Part shown: positions 17,968 through 27,407 of the stretch, piece by piece
How the letters are laid out: each line of letters starts with the position of its first letter
Numbering within the stretch: the stretch's first letter is position 1
NCBI GenBank assembly: GCA_965116905.1
Contig: OZ220732.1
Coordinates: forward strand, 3,680,001-3,744,000
Reading direction: 5' to 3'
DNA: 64,000 nt
Source of the DNA: Longimicrobiales bacterium
Lineage (GTDB): Bacteria; Gemmatimonadota; Gemmatimonadetes; Longimicrobiales; Gaopeijiaceae
Made by a program: the position numbers and the translations under genes
The notes under the pieces: model-generated
Told to the model about the DNA's origin: nothing
Databases searched by the model: none
Seen by the model: only the letters and a program-made list of their open reading frames with translations

Positions 17968-18011
17968 GGGACTTCAGCGGGACTCCGGCGAGGCTTCAGT
18001 AGGACTTCAGG
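17968..18011. repeat. Four 11-bp direct repeats (consensus GGGACTTCAGC)
   Basis: gggacttcagc gggactccggc gaggcttcagt aggacttcagg in the intergenic region. Confidence 0.75.
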
Positions 18012-18025
18012 CCGATCGGCGTGGA

Positions 18026-18904
18026 TCAGATCAGCCGGAAGACCCCGTTCAGCCTGGTGCGCAGTACGAGGCGGTATCCCCTGGCGGCCAGCCACCCTTT
18101 CAACCCAACCGACCGCCGGCCGTCGTTCCGTCCGGCCTTGAGTTCGACGATGAGGTGCCGGGGCCACAGCTGGCGGGGCGCATCACGCAGAAAGGGGCGG
18201 ATGACGTCGGATTCGTGCCCCTCCACGTCGACTTTGAGACAGTCGACGCGGTCAAGCCCCGCGTCATTCACGATGTCGGCCAGGGGGACGACCGCCACGG
18301 GAAAGCCGCGGTCCGGGTCCGGCAAGACCCCTGCCCCGACCAGCCGTCCCTCGCCCGAGTTCCGCGGGTTGACCGCGAGCGTGCCGCGGCCCCGGGCCGC
18401 GCCAACCGCCGCCTCGACCACCCGCACGCGGTCCTGTGCGCCGTTGACGCGCACGTTGAACCGGAGCTGGCGCGCCACATCGGGGTTGGGCTCCACGGCC
18501 ACGATCCGCGCGGAGGCCCCGACGAGGGAAAGGACCCAGAAGGAATAGCCGCCGACGTTGGCGCCGATGTCCACGAAGGTGAATCCCGGCTGTGCCCACT
18601 TCGCGAGAAGCGTGCGTTCGGCCCGGTCCCAGGAACGGGGCAGAAACAGGATCCTGGCCTCCGAGACCGAGCGGTCCGCGAAGAGGCGCAGGCGCTGTCC
18701 CCAGACCACGGTGTCGACGGGGGCAGACAGGTGCCGCCGGGCGGCGCGGCGGGCGAGAAGCGCGAGCCGGCTCCACGGCCAGCCAGCGGGAAGGGAGCGC
18801 GCGACGCGCAGCCAGAACGCGCCCTGTCCGCCCGGACGGCACGCACCCCAGGCGCTGGTCTCGCCGAAGGCGTCGGCGGCGTTATCGTAGTTGCTGTCGT
18901 TCAT
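18026..18904 (-). CDS. FkbM-family methyltransferase
   Basis: FVDIGANVGGYS, AVEPNP and LKVDVEGHE motifs. Confidence 0.9.
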   Translation of the reverse strand: MNDSNYDNAADAFGETSAWGACRPGGQGAFWLRVARSLPAGWPWSRLALLARRAARRHLSAPVDTVVWGQRLRLFADRSVSEARILFLPRSWDRAERTLLAKWAQPGFTFVDIGANVGGYSFWVLSLVGASARIVAVEPNPDVARQLRFNVRVNGAQDRVRVVEAAVGAARGRGTLAVNPRNSGEGRLVGAGVLPDPDRGFPVAVVPLADIVNDAGLDRVDCLKVDVEGHESDVIRPFLRDAPRQLWPRHLIVELKAGRNDGRRSVGLKGWLAARGYRLVLRTRLNGVFRLI

Positions 18905-18948
18905 TCCCAATCATGCGGCCGTCCGGTCCGCGCGGAGACTGATTCAAC

Positions 18949-20253
18949 ATGAACCCCGCTCCAGGCGGGACGCTCACTTCCGGCCACATCGCGCGTTTCT
19001 GGTCCCCCCTGGCCGCGACCTGGGTCATGATGGCGCTCGAGGGCCCGCTCATCGCGGCCACCATCGCACGCCTTCCCGAGGCCAAGATCAACCTGGCGTC
19101 GCACGGTGTGGTCTTTGCCATCGCGATCCTGGTCGAGGCGCCGGTGATCATGCTCCTGACGGCCGCTACCGCACTGGTGCGCGACCGGGACAGCTATCGC
19201 AAGCTGCGCCTTTTCGCCCATGGACTCAACGCGCTGGCTACCCTTCTGGTCCTGCTCCTGCTGGTTCCGGCCGTTTTCGAGCCGCTGATCCTGGGACTCC
19301 TCGATCTTCCGGGCGAAGTCGCGGACATCATCTATGGGGCGCTGTGGATCTACCTGCCCTGGCCGGCGGCAATCGGCTACCGCCGCTTCATCCACGGCGT
19401 GATGATCAGTACCGGCCAGACGCGGCAGGTCGCGGTAGGTACGGTGTTCCGCCTGGCGTCCATGGCGGGAACCGCATTCGCCCTGCCTGCGTTCACCGAT
19501 CTGCACGGTGCCTGGGTGGGTGCGGCAAGCCTTACCGTCGGCGTGTGCGTAGAGGCGGTGGCAGCTCGCATCATGGCGACCGGCTCGATTCGGCAGGTGC
19601 TCGCGACCGCCCCGGAGGGGAGCGGGGCCGCCGCGATCAGCTATCGCGGCATCCTCGAGTTCTACTACCCGCTGGCCCTGACCTCGCTGGTCGCCCTGGC
19701 CACCCATCCGCTGCTCACATTCTTCGTGGGGCGCGCGCGCGATCCGCTCGAGTCGCTGGCCGTCCTCCCGGTCGTGCACTCGCTCTCGTTCCTTTTCCGC
19801 GCCGCGGGGCTCAGCTACCAGGAGGCCGCGATCGCGCTCACGGGGAAGGACTTCGAGCACCGCCGCCCCGTGGGGCGCTTCGCGCTCCGCATGGGTCTGG
19901 CGGCCACTGCGGCCTACGCGCTGATCGTCCTCACCCCGCTCTTCGGCGTCTGGTTCGAAACCGTGTCCGGGCTGACACCCGAGTTGTCCGGCTATGCACG
20001 GATCCCGGCACTCGTGCTGATCCCGGTGCCCGGGCTCGCCTTCTGGCTGGCCCACCAGAGTGCGATTATGGTGTTGTTGCGCCGCACCAAGGCGATCACG
20101 ATGGCCACGACCCTGGGACTGCTCGGCATCGTCGCCATCTTCCCCGTGCTGGCCTGGGGGCTGGGATGGGTCGGGGCCACGGCCGCCGTCGTGGCCTTCC
20201 TGGGCGGGCGCCTCGCGTCGAACATCTACCTGCACCGGACCGAATCACGATGA
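18949..20253 (+). CDS. MATE/ANKH-like multi-pass membrane transporter
   Basis: About 12 TM helices in two repeats (FWSPLAATW / FYYPLALTS). Confidence 0.7.
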   Translation: MNPAPGGTLTSGHIARFWSPLAATWVMMALEGPLIAATIARLPEAKINLASHGVVFAIAILVEAPVIMLLTAATALVRDRDSYRKLRLFAHGLNALATLLVLLLLVPAVFEPLILGLLDLPGEVADIIYGALWIYLPWPAAIGYRRFIHGVMISTGQTRQVAVGTVFRLASMAGTAFALPAFTDLHGAWVGAASLTVGVCVEAVAARIMATGSIRQVLATAPEGSGAAAISYRGILEFYYPLALTSLVALATHPLLTFFVGRARDPLESLAVLPVVHSLSFLFRAAGLSYQEAAIALTGKDFEHRRPVGRFALRMGLAATAAYALIVLTPLFGVWFETVSGLTPELSGYARIPALVLIPVPGLAFWLAHQSAIMVLLRRTKAITMATTLGLLGIVAIFPVLAWGLGWVGATAAVVAFLGGRLASNIYLHRTESR

Positions 20254-21266
20254 GTTCGATGAGCCCGAGGAGCACGAGGAGCACGAGGAGCACGAGGAGC
20301 ATCAGCCGCCGCCGCTTCGTCACTGCCTCCGCCGGCTGCGCCTCGTACCTGACCGCCGCGGGGCCCCTGCTGAGCGCGCCAGCGCTGCGCCGGTGGCGTG
20401 GCGTGGGGGCGCGCCGGATCGTCGCGCAGACGCCCTTCGCGCGCATCGAGGAGCTGGGAGACGGGATGTTCGCGATCATCTCCACGCCGCTGGACGGGGA
20501 CTACACCACGGTGTGCAACGGCGGCATCATCGGCGGGTCGTCGGGGACGGTGGTGGTCGAGGCGTTCGCCACGCCCGAGGGTGCGAGGTGGGCGGCGGAG
20601 CAGGCGCGGGCGCTCACGGGACGGTGGCCCTCGCAGGTGGTGGTCTCGCACTATCACGGCGACCACTCCGCCGGGCCCGCCGGCTTTGCGGCGGACGGCG
20701 AGAGCACACCGCAACTTCGGGCCACCGCGACGACCCGCGACCTGGTCCAGGGCTCGCCGGGCGACGAGGCCGCAAAGGCCCCCTGGGCCGACGTGGTGGT
20801 CGTGCCGGAGGACGGTCCGGTCGAGATCGACCTCGGCAGCCGCACGTTGACGGTTGTGCCGCGCAGAGGCCACACCGCCAGCGATCTCTCGGTGCAGGTG
20901 GACGGAGGCGATGGACCGGTCTGGTGCGGCGACTTGGTGTGGAACGCCATGTTCCCCAACTACATGGACGCGGTGCCGTCACGGCTGTCGCGCGCGGTCC
21001 GGGCGCTGCAGGCCATCGACGCCGGCACCTTCGTCCCCGGCCACGGCCCGCTGGCGGACGCCGAGGGCATGGCGCGATACGTGGCGCTGATAGACTCGGT
21101 CGAGGAGGCGGCGCGGAACGCGTGGCGGCGCGGCGTCAACTCGGAGGACGCGGCCGCGGCCTACGAAGTGCCCGCCGAGCTGGGAGAGTGGATGATGTTC
21201 AGCCCGAACTACCACCAGCGCGCGATCCAGGCCTGGCTGGACGAGCTGGCCGGCGCCGAAGGCTAG
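20250..21266 (+). CDS. Tat-exported metallo-beta-lactamase-fold hydrolase
   Basis: SRRRFV Tat motif; SHYHGDH, GHTASD, GDL and PGHG motifs; ATGA overlap. Confidence 0.85.
   Translation: MSSMSPRSTRSTRSTRSISRRRFVTASAGCASYLTAAGPLLSAPALRRWRGVGARRIVAQTPFARIEELGDGMFAIISTPLDGDYTTVCNGGIIGGSSGTVVVEAFATPEGARWAAEQARALTGRWPSQVVVSHYHGDHSAGPAGFAADGESTPQLRATATTRDLVQGSPGDEAAKAPWADVVVVPEDGPVEIDLGSRTLTVVPRRGHTASDLSVQVDGGDGPVWCGDLVWNAMFPNYMDAVPSRLSRAVRALQAIDAGTFVPGHGPLADAEGMARYVALIDSVEEAARNAWRRGVNSEDAAAAYEVPAELGEWMMFSPNYHQRAIQAWLDELAGAEG
20267..20302. repeat. 9-nt tandem repeat GAGGAGCAC x4 (RST repeats before the Tat motif)
   Basis: Directly visible in the sequence. Confidence 0.9.
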
Positions 21267-21274
21267 CCGACAAC

Positions 21275-21288
21275 GTTTCAGCTGAAAC
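21275..21288. other. Palindrome GTTTCAGCTGAAAC (parS-like, second copy)
   Basis: Identical to the core at 2884-2897, again between convergent genes. Confidence 0.5.
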
Positions 21289-21337
21289 TGAACAATAATG
21301 TTAAGTATTGGGGTCGCGAGTACTCGGGCCGGATGCC

Positions 21338-22549
21338 TCAGAGCCGAAGCGCCCGCCTGAACCGCTCGCCCAGACCCCGCAGGCGCGCCACCGGCTCGTT
21401 GCTGAAGACGATCCGCACGAACCGGTCCGCGTTCTCCAGGCCCCAGTGGGTCATGGGCGTGGCCGCCACCTTGCCGTGCTCCAGAAGCCGCGTCGACGCC
21501 TCCGCCCCGTCGTAGCCGAGCGCTCCCGTATCCACCAGCAGCGACCAGCCCCCGTCCGCGCGCACGACATGGAGGCCGTGCAGCTCGGTCTGCACGGTGT
21601 CGCGCCTGCGCTCCCACTCGGCAACCGCGTCCGCCACACCGCATCCCGCAGGCTCAACGAGGGCCGCCAGCGCGCCGGGCTGCGCGATACCCACGGGTGT
21701 GACGACATTGTAGATACTCACCAACCCAATTCGGTTCATGATCCGGCGGGGTCCGGTCACCCAGCCGACGCGCCAGCCGATCATGCGGTATTCCTTGGAG
21801 ACGGAGCCGACCGTGATCGTGAGGTCCCCGAGTCCGCCTACGCTGGCGGGGTGGATGTGGCGGCGGCCGTCGAAGAGGATGCGCTCCATCGCGGCGTTGT
21901 AGAGCAGCCAGATCCCGCGCTCCTCGCAGATGCGGGCGATTTCTTCCCAGTCCTCGCGGGTCAGCACGGCGCCCGACGGGATGGACGGGTTCATGAGGAA
22001 GATCACGCGGGTGCGGTCGGTCACGGCGTCGCGGAAGCGGTCGAGGTCGAGGGTCCAGCCGCCGTCGCGGATCGTGAACGGCGCGAAGCGGGCCACGCCG
22101 CCCGCCAGGCGGACGCGGTAGAGCATGCCGGCGTAGGTGGGATCGGTCACAACGACCTCGTCGCCCGGCTCGATGAGGGCGAGCAGCGCGTTGAACAGCC
22201 CCTCGGTGCCGCCGGCCGTGACGATCGTCTGCGCGTCGGCGTCGTAGGGGACGCCGCTCAGGCGGGAGACGTGGGCGGCGGCCGCGGCGCGGAGATCGCC
22301 GGTGCCCAGGAAGGGGAGGTAGCTGTTGGCGTCGTCGTGCCCGACGGCGGCGCGGGTGGCATCGACCGCGGCCGGTGGCGGAGGGATGTCGGTGTCGAGG
22401 TTCTCCAGGCGGAGGACTTCCGGGTCGGCCTCTGCGGCCTGCGCGACGCGGTCGATCGAGAAGCCGACGATGTCGCCCAGGCGGGACGGCCGGGACGGTC
22501 GGGACGGCTGGGACGGCTGCGACGGCCGGGAGGGTGCTGGCGGGGACAT
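21338..22549 (-). CDS. PLP-dependent aminotransferase class I/II
   Basis: TAGGTEG, NPSIPSG and GSVSKEYRMIGWRVGW motifs; N-terminal PSR/PSQ repeat. Confidence 0.85.
   Translation of the reverse strand: MSPPAPSRPSQPSQPSRPSRPSRLGDIVGFSIDRVAQAAEADPEVLRLENLDTDIPPPPAAVDATRAAVGHDDANSYLPFLGTGDLRAAAAAHVSRLSGVPYDADAQTIVTAGGTEGLFNALLALIEPGDEVVVTDPTYAGMLYRVRLAGGVARFAPFTIRDGGWTLDLDRFRDAVTDRTRVIFLMNPSIPSGAVLTREDWEEIARICEERGIWLLYNAAMERILFDGRRHIHPASVGGLGDLTITVGSVSKEYRMIGWRVGWVTGPRRIMNRIGLVSIYNVVTPVGIAQPGALAALVEPAGCGVADAVAEWERRRDTVQTELHGLHVVRADGGWSLLVDTGALGYDGAEASTRLLEHGKVAATPMTHWGLENADRFVRIVFSNEPVARLRGLGERFRRALRL
22483..22527. repeat. 9-nt tandem repeat GGGACGGCY x5 (degenerate) at the aminotransferase N-terminus
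   Basis: Directly visible; encodes PSRPSQPSQPSRPSRPSR. Confidence 0.9.
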
Positions 22550-22556
22550 GGCGGCC

Positions 22557-23150
22557 CTACTGCTGAGCGCCGCCCTGCCGCGGAGGCACGTGCGTCTCCG
22601 GTTGCCGCTGTTGGGCGGCGGACGGCAGGCCCGCATCGAACAGCGAGCGCCTGACGAACGCGATGACCTCGTCGACGGTCGAGGCGGTGGCGACCCGCCG
22701 GGGCAGGCTCCGCGCCCGCTCGAGATCGCCCAGGAGAACCAGGGGCCGGCCGTACCGGATGGCCAACTCGACCTCCGAGGCCGTGCCCGCGCTCCCCGGC
22801 AGCGCCACGACGACATCCGAGGTGAGCACGTTGACGTGGTTGCGCGAATCCGGCGCCAGGCCCTCCTTCCCCAGCTGCGTGCGGACCGGCAGCTCGACCC
22901 AGCGGTTGGGATAGCCCGGCGGCGAGGCCGACCCGCCGTCCTCCTCCAGGTGCGGAAGAACCCCGATCACCAGCCCGGCGCGCGGCTCCACGGCGGCGAA
23001 CGCACGGGAGACCGAAGCCATGACCCCACGCCCGCCTCCGGTCAGCAGGTGGACCCCCAACAGGGCCAGACGGCGCCCCAAAGGCGCGGCCAGATCTGCG
23101 TGCTCGCGGGCGCCCGAGCCCATGACTCCGACAATGGGTAGCTGCTTCAC
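22557..23150 (-). CDS. LOG/SLOG-family (MoCo carrier-like) Rossmann protein
   Basis: VGVMGSG, LTGGGRGVM, SRNHVN and LPGSAGTASE motifs. Confidence 0.8.
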   Translation of the reverse strand: MKQLPIVGVMGSGAREHADLAAPLGRRLALLGVHLLTGGGRGVMASVSRAFAAVEPRAGLVIGVLPHLEEDGGSASPPGYPNRWVELPVRTQLGKEGLAPDSRNHVNVLTSDVVVALPGSAGTASEVELAIRYGRPLVLLGDLERARSLPRRVATASTVDEVIAFVRRSLFDAGLPSAAQQRQPETHVPPRQGGAQQ

Positions 23151-23221
23151 CGCTGGATCGAACCGTGCAAACAGGAGACTATTGGGGGCCCCAATCTCGC
23201 AACTCAGGAGGTGAAGCGCCA

Positions 23222-24523
23222 ATGAACGGCGTGCGGGCGGGCGGGTACGGACCCTACGCAGCGCTGTCGGTGGTGGTCGCCAACATGATCGGCACCGGCG
23301 TCTTCACCAGCCTGGGGTTCCAGCTTCTCGACCTTCAGTCCACTTTTCCGCTGCTGCTGCTCTGGGTCGTCGGCGGCGTCGCGGCCTTTTGCGGTGCGAT
23401 CTCATACGCCGAACTGGGTGCGGCCATTCCCCGATCGGGAGGCGAATACACCTTCCTGTCGCGGATCTATCATCCCGTCGCGGGCTTCGTCTCGGGCTGG
23501 ATCTCCGCCACGATCGGATTCGCGGCCCCGACCGCGCTGGCCGCCATCACCTTCGGGACGTACCTGGCCTCGGTCTTCCCCGCCCTCTCACCCACCTGGA
23601 TGGGCGCGGGGCTGGTCGTTGTGCTGACCGCGGTCCACGCCACGACCTACCGCAGCTCCAGCCTCTTCCAGCGCTCCTTCACGACGGTGAAGGTCGTGCT
23701 GATCGCGGCCTTCTGCGTTGCCGCCGCCACCATGGTCGACGCGCCCCAGCCCGTGTCGCTGCTCCCCGTCTCCGGCGACGGCGCGCTCGTCTTCAGCGGC
23801 GCCTTCGCCGTCTCGCTCATCTACGTCTCGTACGCCTACACCGGCTGGAACGCGGCCACCTATCTCACGGGCGAGGTGCGCAACCCCGCCCGCACCCTGC
23901 CCCGGGTGCTCGGTGCCGGCACGCTCCTGGTCATGGTGCTCTACGCCGCGCTGAACTACGCCTTCCTGCGCGCGGCCCCGATGGCCGAACTGGAGGGCAG
24001 GCTGGAGGTCGGCTACGTGGCCGCGACCCATGTCTTCGGCCCCGTGGGAGCGGCGATCATGGGCGTCACCCTCGCCACGCTGCTCGTCTCCACCGTGAGC
24101 GCGATGGTCATGGCCGGACCTCGCGTGCTCCAGGTGATCGGCGAGGACTATCACGCGTTCCGGCAGCTGAGCCGCGTCAATCGGCACGGGATCCCCGCGG
24201 TCGCGATCGCGACCCAGGCCGTGCTTACCCTCACCTTCATCGTCACGGCCTCTTTCGAGTCCATCCTGGTCTTTGCCGGGTTCACACTCGGGCTGAACAG
24301 CCTGTTGGCGGTCGCCGGCGTCCTCGTGCTGCGCGTGCGGGAGCCCGATGCGCCGCGTCCGTACCGCGCGTGGGGGTTCCCGGTCACGCCGCTCGTCTAC
24401 ATCGGGCTGACGCTGTGGACCCTGGTCTACATTGCGATCGACCGGCCGGCCGAGGCCGCGATGGCCCCGGTGGTCGTCGGCGCCGGGCTCGTGTTCTACG
24501 TGGTCGCGGGGCGGAGGACGTGA
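23222..24523 (+). CDS. APC-family amino acid permease
   Basis: NMIGTGVF, YAELGAAIPRSGGEY, YTGWN and RPYRAWGFP motifs; AGGAGG RBS. Confidence 0.9.
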   Translation: MNGVRAGGYGPYAALSVVVANMIGTGVFTSLGFQLLDLQSTFPLLLLWVVGGVAAFCGAISYAELGAAIPRSGGEYTFLSRIYHPVAGFVSGWISATIGFAAPTALAAITFGTYLASVFPALSPTWMGAGLVVVLTAVHATTYRSSSLFQRSFTTVKVVLIAAFCVAAATMVDAPQPVSLLPVSGDGALVFSGAFAVSLIYVSYAYTGWNAATYLTGEVRNPARTLPRVLGAGTLLVMVLYAALNYAFLRAAPMAELEGRLEVGYVAATHVFGPVGAAIMGVTLATLLVSTVSAMVMAGPRVLQVIGEDYHAFRQLSRVNRHGIPAVAIATQAVLTLTFIVTASFESILVFAGFTLGLNSLLAVAGVLVLRVREPDAPRPYRAWGFPVTPLVYIGLTLWTLVYIAIDRPAEAAMAPVVVGAGLVFYVVAGRRT

Positions 24524-24527
24524 GAGC

Positions 24528-25223
24528 CTACTGCACGCCCAACAGCTCGATCTCGAAGATGAGCACCTGGTTGGGGCCGATGTCGGGCGGCGCTCCGGCC
24601 GAGCCGTAGGCCAGCTCGCTGGGGATCGCCACCCGGATGCGGCTGCCCACGGTCATCAGCTTGAGCGCCTCGGAGAAGCCCGCGATCACGTTGTCGACGC
24701 CAAAGCTGGCCGGCTGGTCGTCGGTGGCCGGGTCATCGTCGTAGGAGGAGTCGAAGACGGTCCCGTCGGGGAGTGTGCCCCGGTAGTGCAGAATGGCGAT
24801 CTGGCCCGACTCGATGCCGGGGCCGTCGCCCTCCTGCAGCACCTCGTACTGCAGTCCCGACTCGGTGGTGACGACGCCTTCCCTGGCCCCGTTGCTGGCG
24901 AGGAACGCTTCACCTTCCACTCGGCCTTCCTCCTCGGCGGCCGCCTGGATCGCGTCGCCGAACGCCGTCATGGCCGCCTGGATCTCCTCGTGTGACAACG
25001 CCGGCTCCACGTCGCCCAGGCCGTCGGTAAACCCGTTCATCAGCGCGGGCATGTCCACCTGATCCATCACGTCGACGAGCGACCGGCCCATGTTCAGGCC
25101 TATTCCGTAACTGGCCTTCTGTGCGTCGGTCTCCAGCGCCGCCTCGGGCACGCAGGCGGCAAGGGGCACAAACAGGGGCGGGAGCAGCAGGAGCGGCAGG
25201 GACGGGCGGCGGCGAGCGGACAT
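24528..25223 (-). CDS. FKBP-type peptidyl-prolyl isomerase (lipoprotein, FkpA/Mip-like)
   Basis: LAAC lipobox; SYGIG, TESGLQYEVL, HYRGTL, FDSS and IPSELAYG motifs. Confidence 0.92.
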   Translation of the reverse strand: MSARRRPSLPLLLLPPLFVPLAACVPEAALETDAQKASYGIGLNMGRSLVDVMDQVDMPALMNGFTDGLGDVEPALSHEEIQAAMTAFGDAIQAAAEEEGRVEGEAFLASNGAREGVVTTESGLQYEVLQEGDGPGIESGQIAILHYRGTLPDGTVFDSSYDDDPATDDQPASFGVDNVIAGFSEALKLMTVGSRIRVAIPSELAYGSAGAPPDIGPNQVLIFEIELLGVQ

Positions 25224-25299
25224 CGGGATCAACCTTCTCCAGGGAAGCCGGGGCACGAAGCAGCCCCGGACAGGCAGTCAAGATAAGCCCCGCGGGCGT

Positions 25300-25911
25300 T
25301 CACGTCAGCAGCGCGGTCAGTTCCCGGAGGTCGTGGATGACGGAGACGGCCGCCGCCTCCGCGGCGGAAGATGCCAGGCCGGCGGGATTGTGCCACACCA
25401 CCGTGAGGCCGGCGGCGTCCGCTCCCACGACATCGAACGGAGATCCCGCCACGAACAGAACCTCTGCCGGCGCGGCGTCCATCGCCTTCACGCCAGCCGC
25501 GTAGATCCGTGCGTCCGGCTTGTAGAAGCCGGCGGACTCGGCGGTGACGACCGTCTCGAAGGGTGCGCCCACCAGCTCGGCCGCCCGCAACCCCATGGCC
25601 TCGGAACAGTTGGTTACGACGCCCAAGGGCCTGTCCTCCGCCAGCCGGCGCAGCACCGTGGCGGCACCGGGCCATGGAGCGAGTTCATCCCACCGGGCTT
25701 CGAGTGCGTGCGCGGACCCGGCGGGAAGGCCCACGGCTCTCGCCGAATCGGTGACGAGGTCCAGGTACGGGACGTACGCGCCCGCCGCATAGGTGAGCCT
25801 CAGGTACTCCATCCGCCAGCGGCGCCCGGCCGCGCGGCCCCCCGCGATGTCGTCCCAGAGCGACCAGGAGTCGAGCAGCGCCGACAACAGGTCGAAGAGG
25901 ATCACCTTCAC
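25300..25911 (-). CDS. HAD-family hydrolase (haloacid dehalogenase-like)
   Basis: ILFDLLSALLDSW, VTNCS, YKPD and AGSPFDV motifs. Confidence 0.85.
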   Translation of the reverse strand: MKVILFDLLSALLDSWSLWDDIAGGRAAGRRWRMEYLRLTYAAGAYVPYLDLVTDSARAVGLPAGSAHALEARWDELAPWPGAATVLRRLAEDRPLGVVTNCSEAMGLRAAELVGAPFETVVTAESAGFYKPDARIYAAGVKAMDAAPAEVLFVAGSPFDVVGADAAGLTVVWHNPAGLASSAAEAAAVSVIHDLRELTALLT

Positions 25912-27407
25912 GACAGCTCCGCGTCCGCTTCGATTTCAACGAGAAGGTCGTCGTCCACCGTGTTCGCCCGTACGAGCGTGTTGGCGGGACGAATGCGGGC
26001 GAATCGCAGACCGTGGGCCCGAGCCACCGGCTCCCAATCCACGCCGTCGCGAATGAAGACCCGGGTGCGCACGACATCCGCCAGCGACCCACCCAGCGAT
26101 TGCAGCGCCCCGTCGATCTTGTCGATGATGAAGTGGGTCTGGGCCGCGGGATCGCGGCCGCCGATCACCCGGCCGGCATGGCTCGAGGTCGTGCCCGACA
26201 CGTGGATCCGGCCGCCCTTGCGCACGGCGCGGCTGTAGCCCGCCAGCGCTTCCCAGGGCGTGCCCGTGGAAACCCGCGCGGCCCCGTGACTGGAGGTGAC
26301 CGGCCACGGAGCGGGAAAGTGCGTGATATGGTGGCTGAGGTCCCCCGAAGCAGTCAGGAAGGGAGGGCGCCGGTACTCGTCACCGCAGTCGCCCGGGATC
26401 GGATCGAGGGCCTCGCACGCCGCCTCCAGCTCCCGGCGCGCCTCGGCGTCGAGCGCAAACCGGAAAAGCCGGAGGTTGTCCTCGATGTGGCTTCGCTCCC
26501 CGGGCCTGGCGCCCACGATGATGCCGCCGACCGCGGGCTGATCGAGCACGTAGCGGCAGGCCACGTTGGCTATGGAGACGTTCTTTTCCGCTAACCCTGA
26601 CGTAACGTCAGGGTCCCCCTCAGGGTCCGCCTCAGGGTCCGCTCCGCCGAGCCGATCCGCGATCCGGCGCACGGTCTGGAGCAGCGTCTGAAACCGCTCC
26701 CACCCCCCCGCCTGGTCGACGAAGCGACGGTACTTCATCTGCGACCAGGTCAGCGATTCGTCGATCGCCGGCTCCGCGCGCCCGAGCCAGCGATCGCTGA
26801 GCAGACCGCCCGCCAGCGTCCCGTAGGCGAGCAGCTTCACGCCGTGCTCCCGGCAGACGCGCGACATCGCACCCGATGCCCGGCGGTCGATCAGCGAGAA
26901 GCACACCTGGTTGGACACGATGGGGACGCCGCTCCGGATCGCCATGTCGAGGTGGACGGCGTCGCAGTTGGTGAGTCCGAGGTGCAGGATCCGGCCCGCA
27001 GCCTGGTGCTCGGCGAGCAGGAAGAGGTTGTCCAGCCAGCTCGGATCCGCGTAGCTCCACGCGTGGAACTGCAGCAGATCGATGCGGTCGGTGCCAAGCC
27101 GCTTGCGCGCCCGGTCAACCGCGGCCGCGACCGCCTCCGGGTTGGCGGGGCCCGGCTCGGGCACCCACTTGGTGAGGAGCTGGATGTCGCGGCGGCGCTC
27201 CGCCAGCCGCCCGGCGATGACCTCGGCCGAGCCGTAGTGGTCCGCCATGTCGAAGCTGGTGAGGCCCGCGTCGGCGTGCGGCCCCAGGGCCCGCGAGGCG
27301 GCATCCGGGTCGAGCGCCCGCCCGCCCCGCTCCTGGTCGGCAACCTGCCAGAGTCCGGTCAGGACACGGGACACCTCGAGTCCCGGACCCAGCGTTGTGC
27401 GCTCCAT
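25908..27407 (-). CDS. Aldo/keto reductase fused to a C-terminal Rid (YjgF/UK114) domain
   Basis: Start MERTTLGPG at 27407; AKR motifs FDMADHYG, IDLLQFH and SNQV; Rid motifs GYSRAVR, HVSGTT, VVRTR and VEIEA. Confidence 0.85.
   Translation of the reverse strand: MERTTLGPGLEVSRVLTGLWQVADQERGGRALDPDAASRALGPHADAGLTSFDMADHYGSAEVIAGRLAERRRDIQLLTKWVPEPGPANPEAVAAAVDRARKRLGTDRIDLLQFHAWSYADPSWLDNLFLLAEHQAAGRILHLGLTNCDAVHLDMAIRSGVPIVSNQVCFSLIDRRASGAMSRVCREHGVKLLAYGTLAGGLLSDRWLGRAEPAIDESLTWSQMKYRRFVDQAGGWERFQTLLQTVRRIADRLGGADPEADPEGDPDVTSGLAEKNVSIANVACRYVLDQPAVGGIIVGARPGERSHIEDNLRLFRFALDAEARRELEAACEALDPIPGDCGDEYRRPPFLTASGDLSHHITHFPAPWPVTSSHGAARVSTGTPWEALAGYSRAVRKGGRIHVSGTTSSHAGRVIGGRDPAAQTHFIIDKIDGALQSLGGSLADVVRTRVFIRDGVDWEPVARAHGLRFARIRPANTLVRANTVDDDLLVEIEADAELS
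26594..26643. repeat. 21-bp palindrome ACCCTGACGT-A-ACGTCAGGGT plus three 12-nt TCAGGGTCCNCY repeats inside the AKR gene
   Basis: Directly visible; encodes the ADPEADPEGDPDVTSG segment. Confidence 0.85.

Noticed and set aside
18891..21266. Long fused ORF calls (791 aa at 18891, 895 aa at 25908, 738 aa at 36244, 662 aa at 33735, 672 aa at 57975)
   Set aside because: The N-terminal parts overlap other genuine genes; real starts are downstream at coupled start codons.
21279..21306. dif site (TAATGTTAAGT resembles the XerD arm TTATGTTAAAT)
   Set aside because: The XerC-side 11 bp (CAGCTGAAACT) does not resemble a XerC arm.
20267..22527. CRISPR arrays at the short repeats
   Set aside because: The units are 9-nt adjacent tandem repeats without unique spacers, and no cas genes are present.
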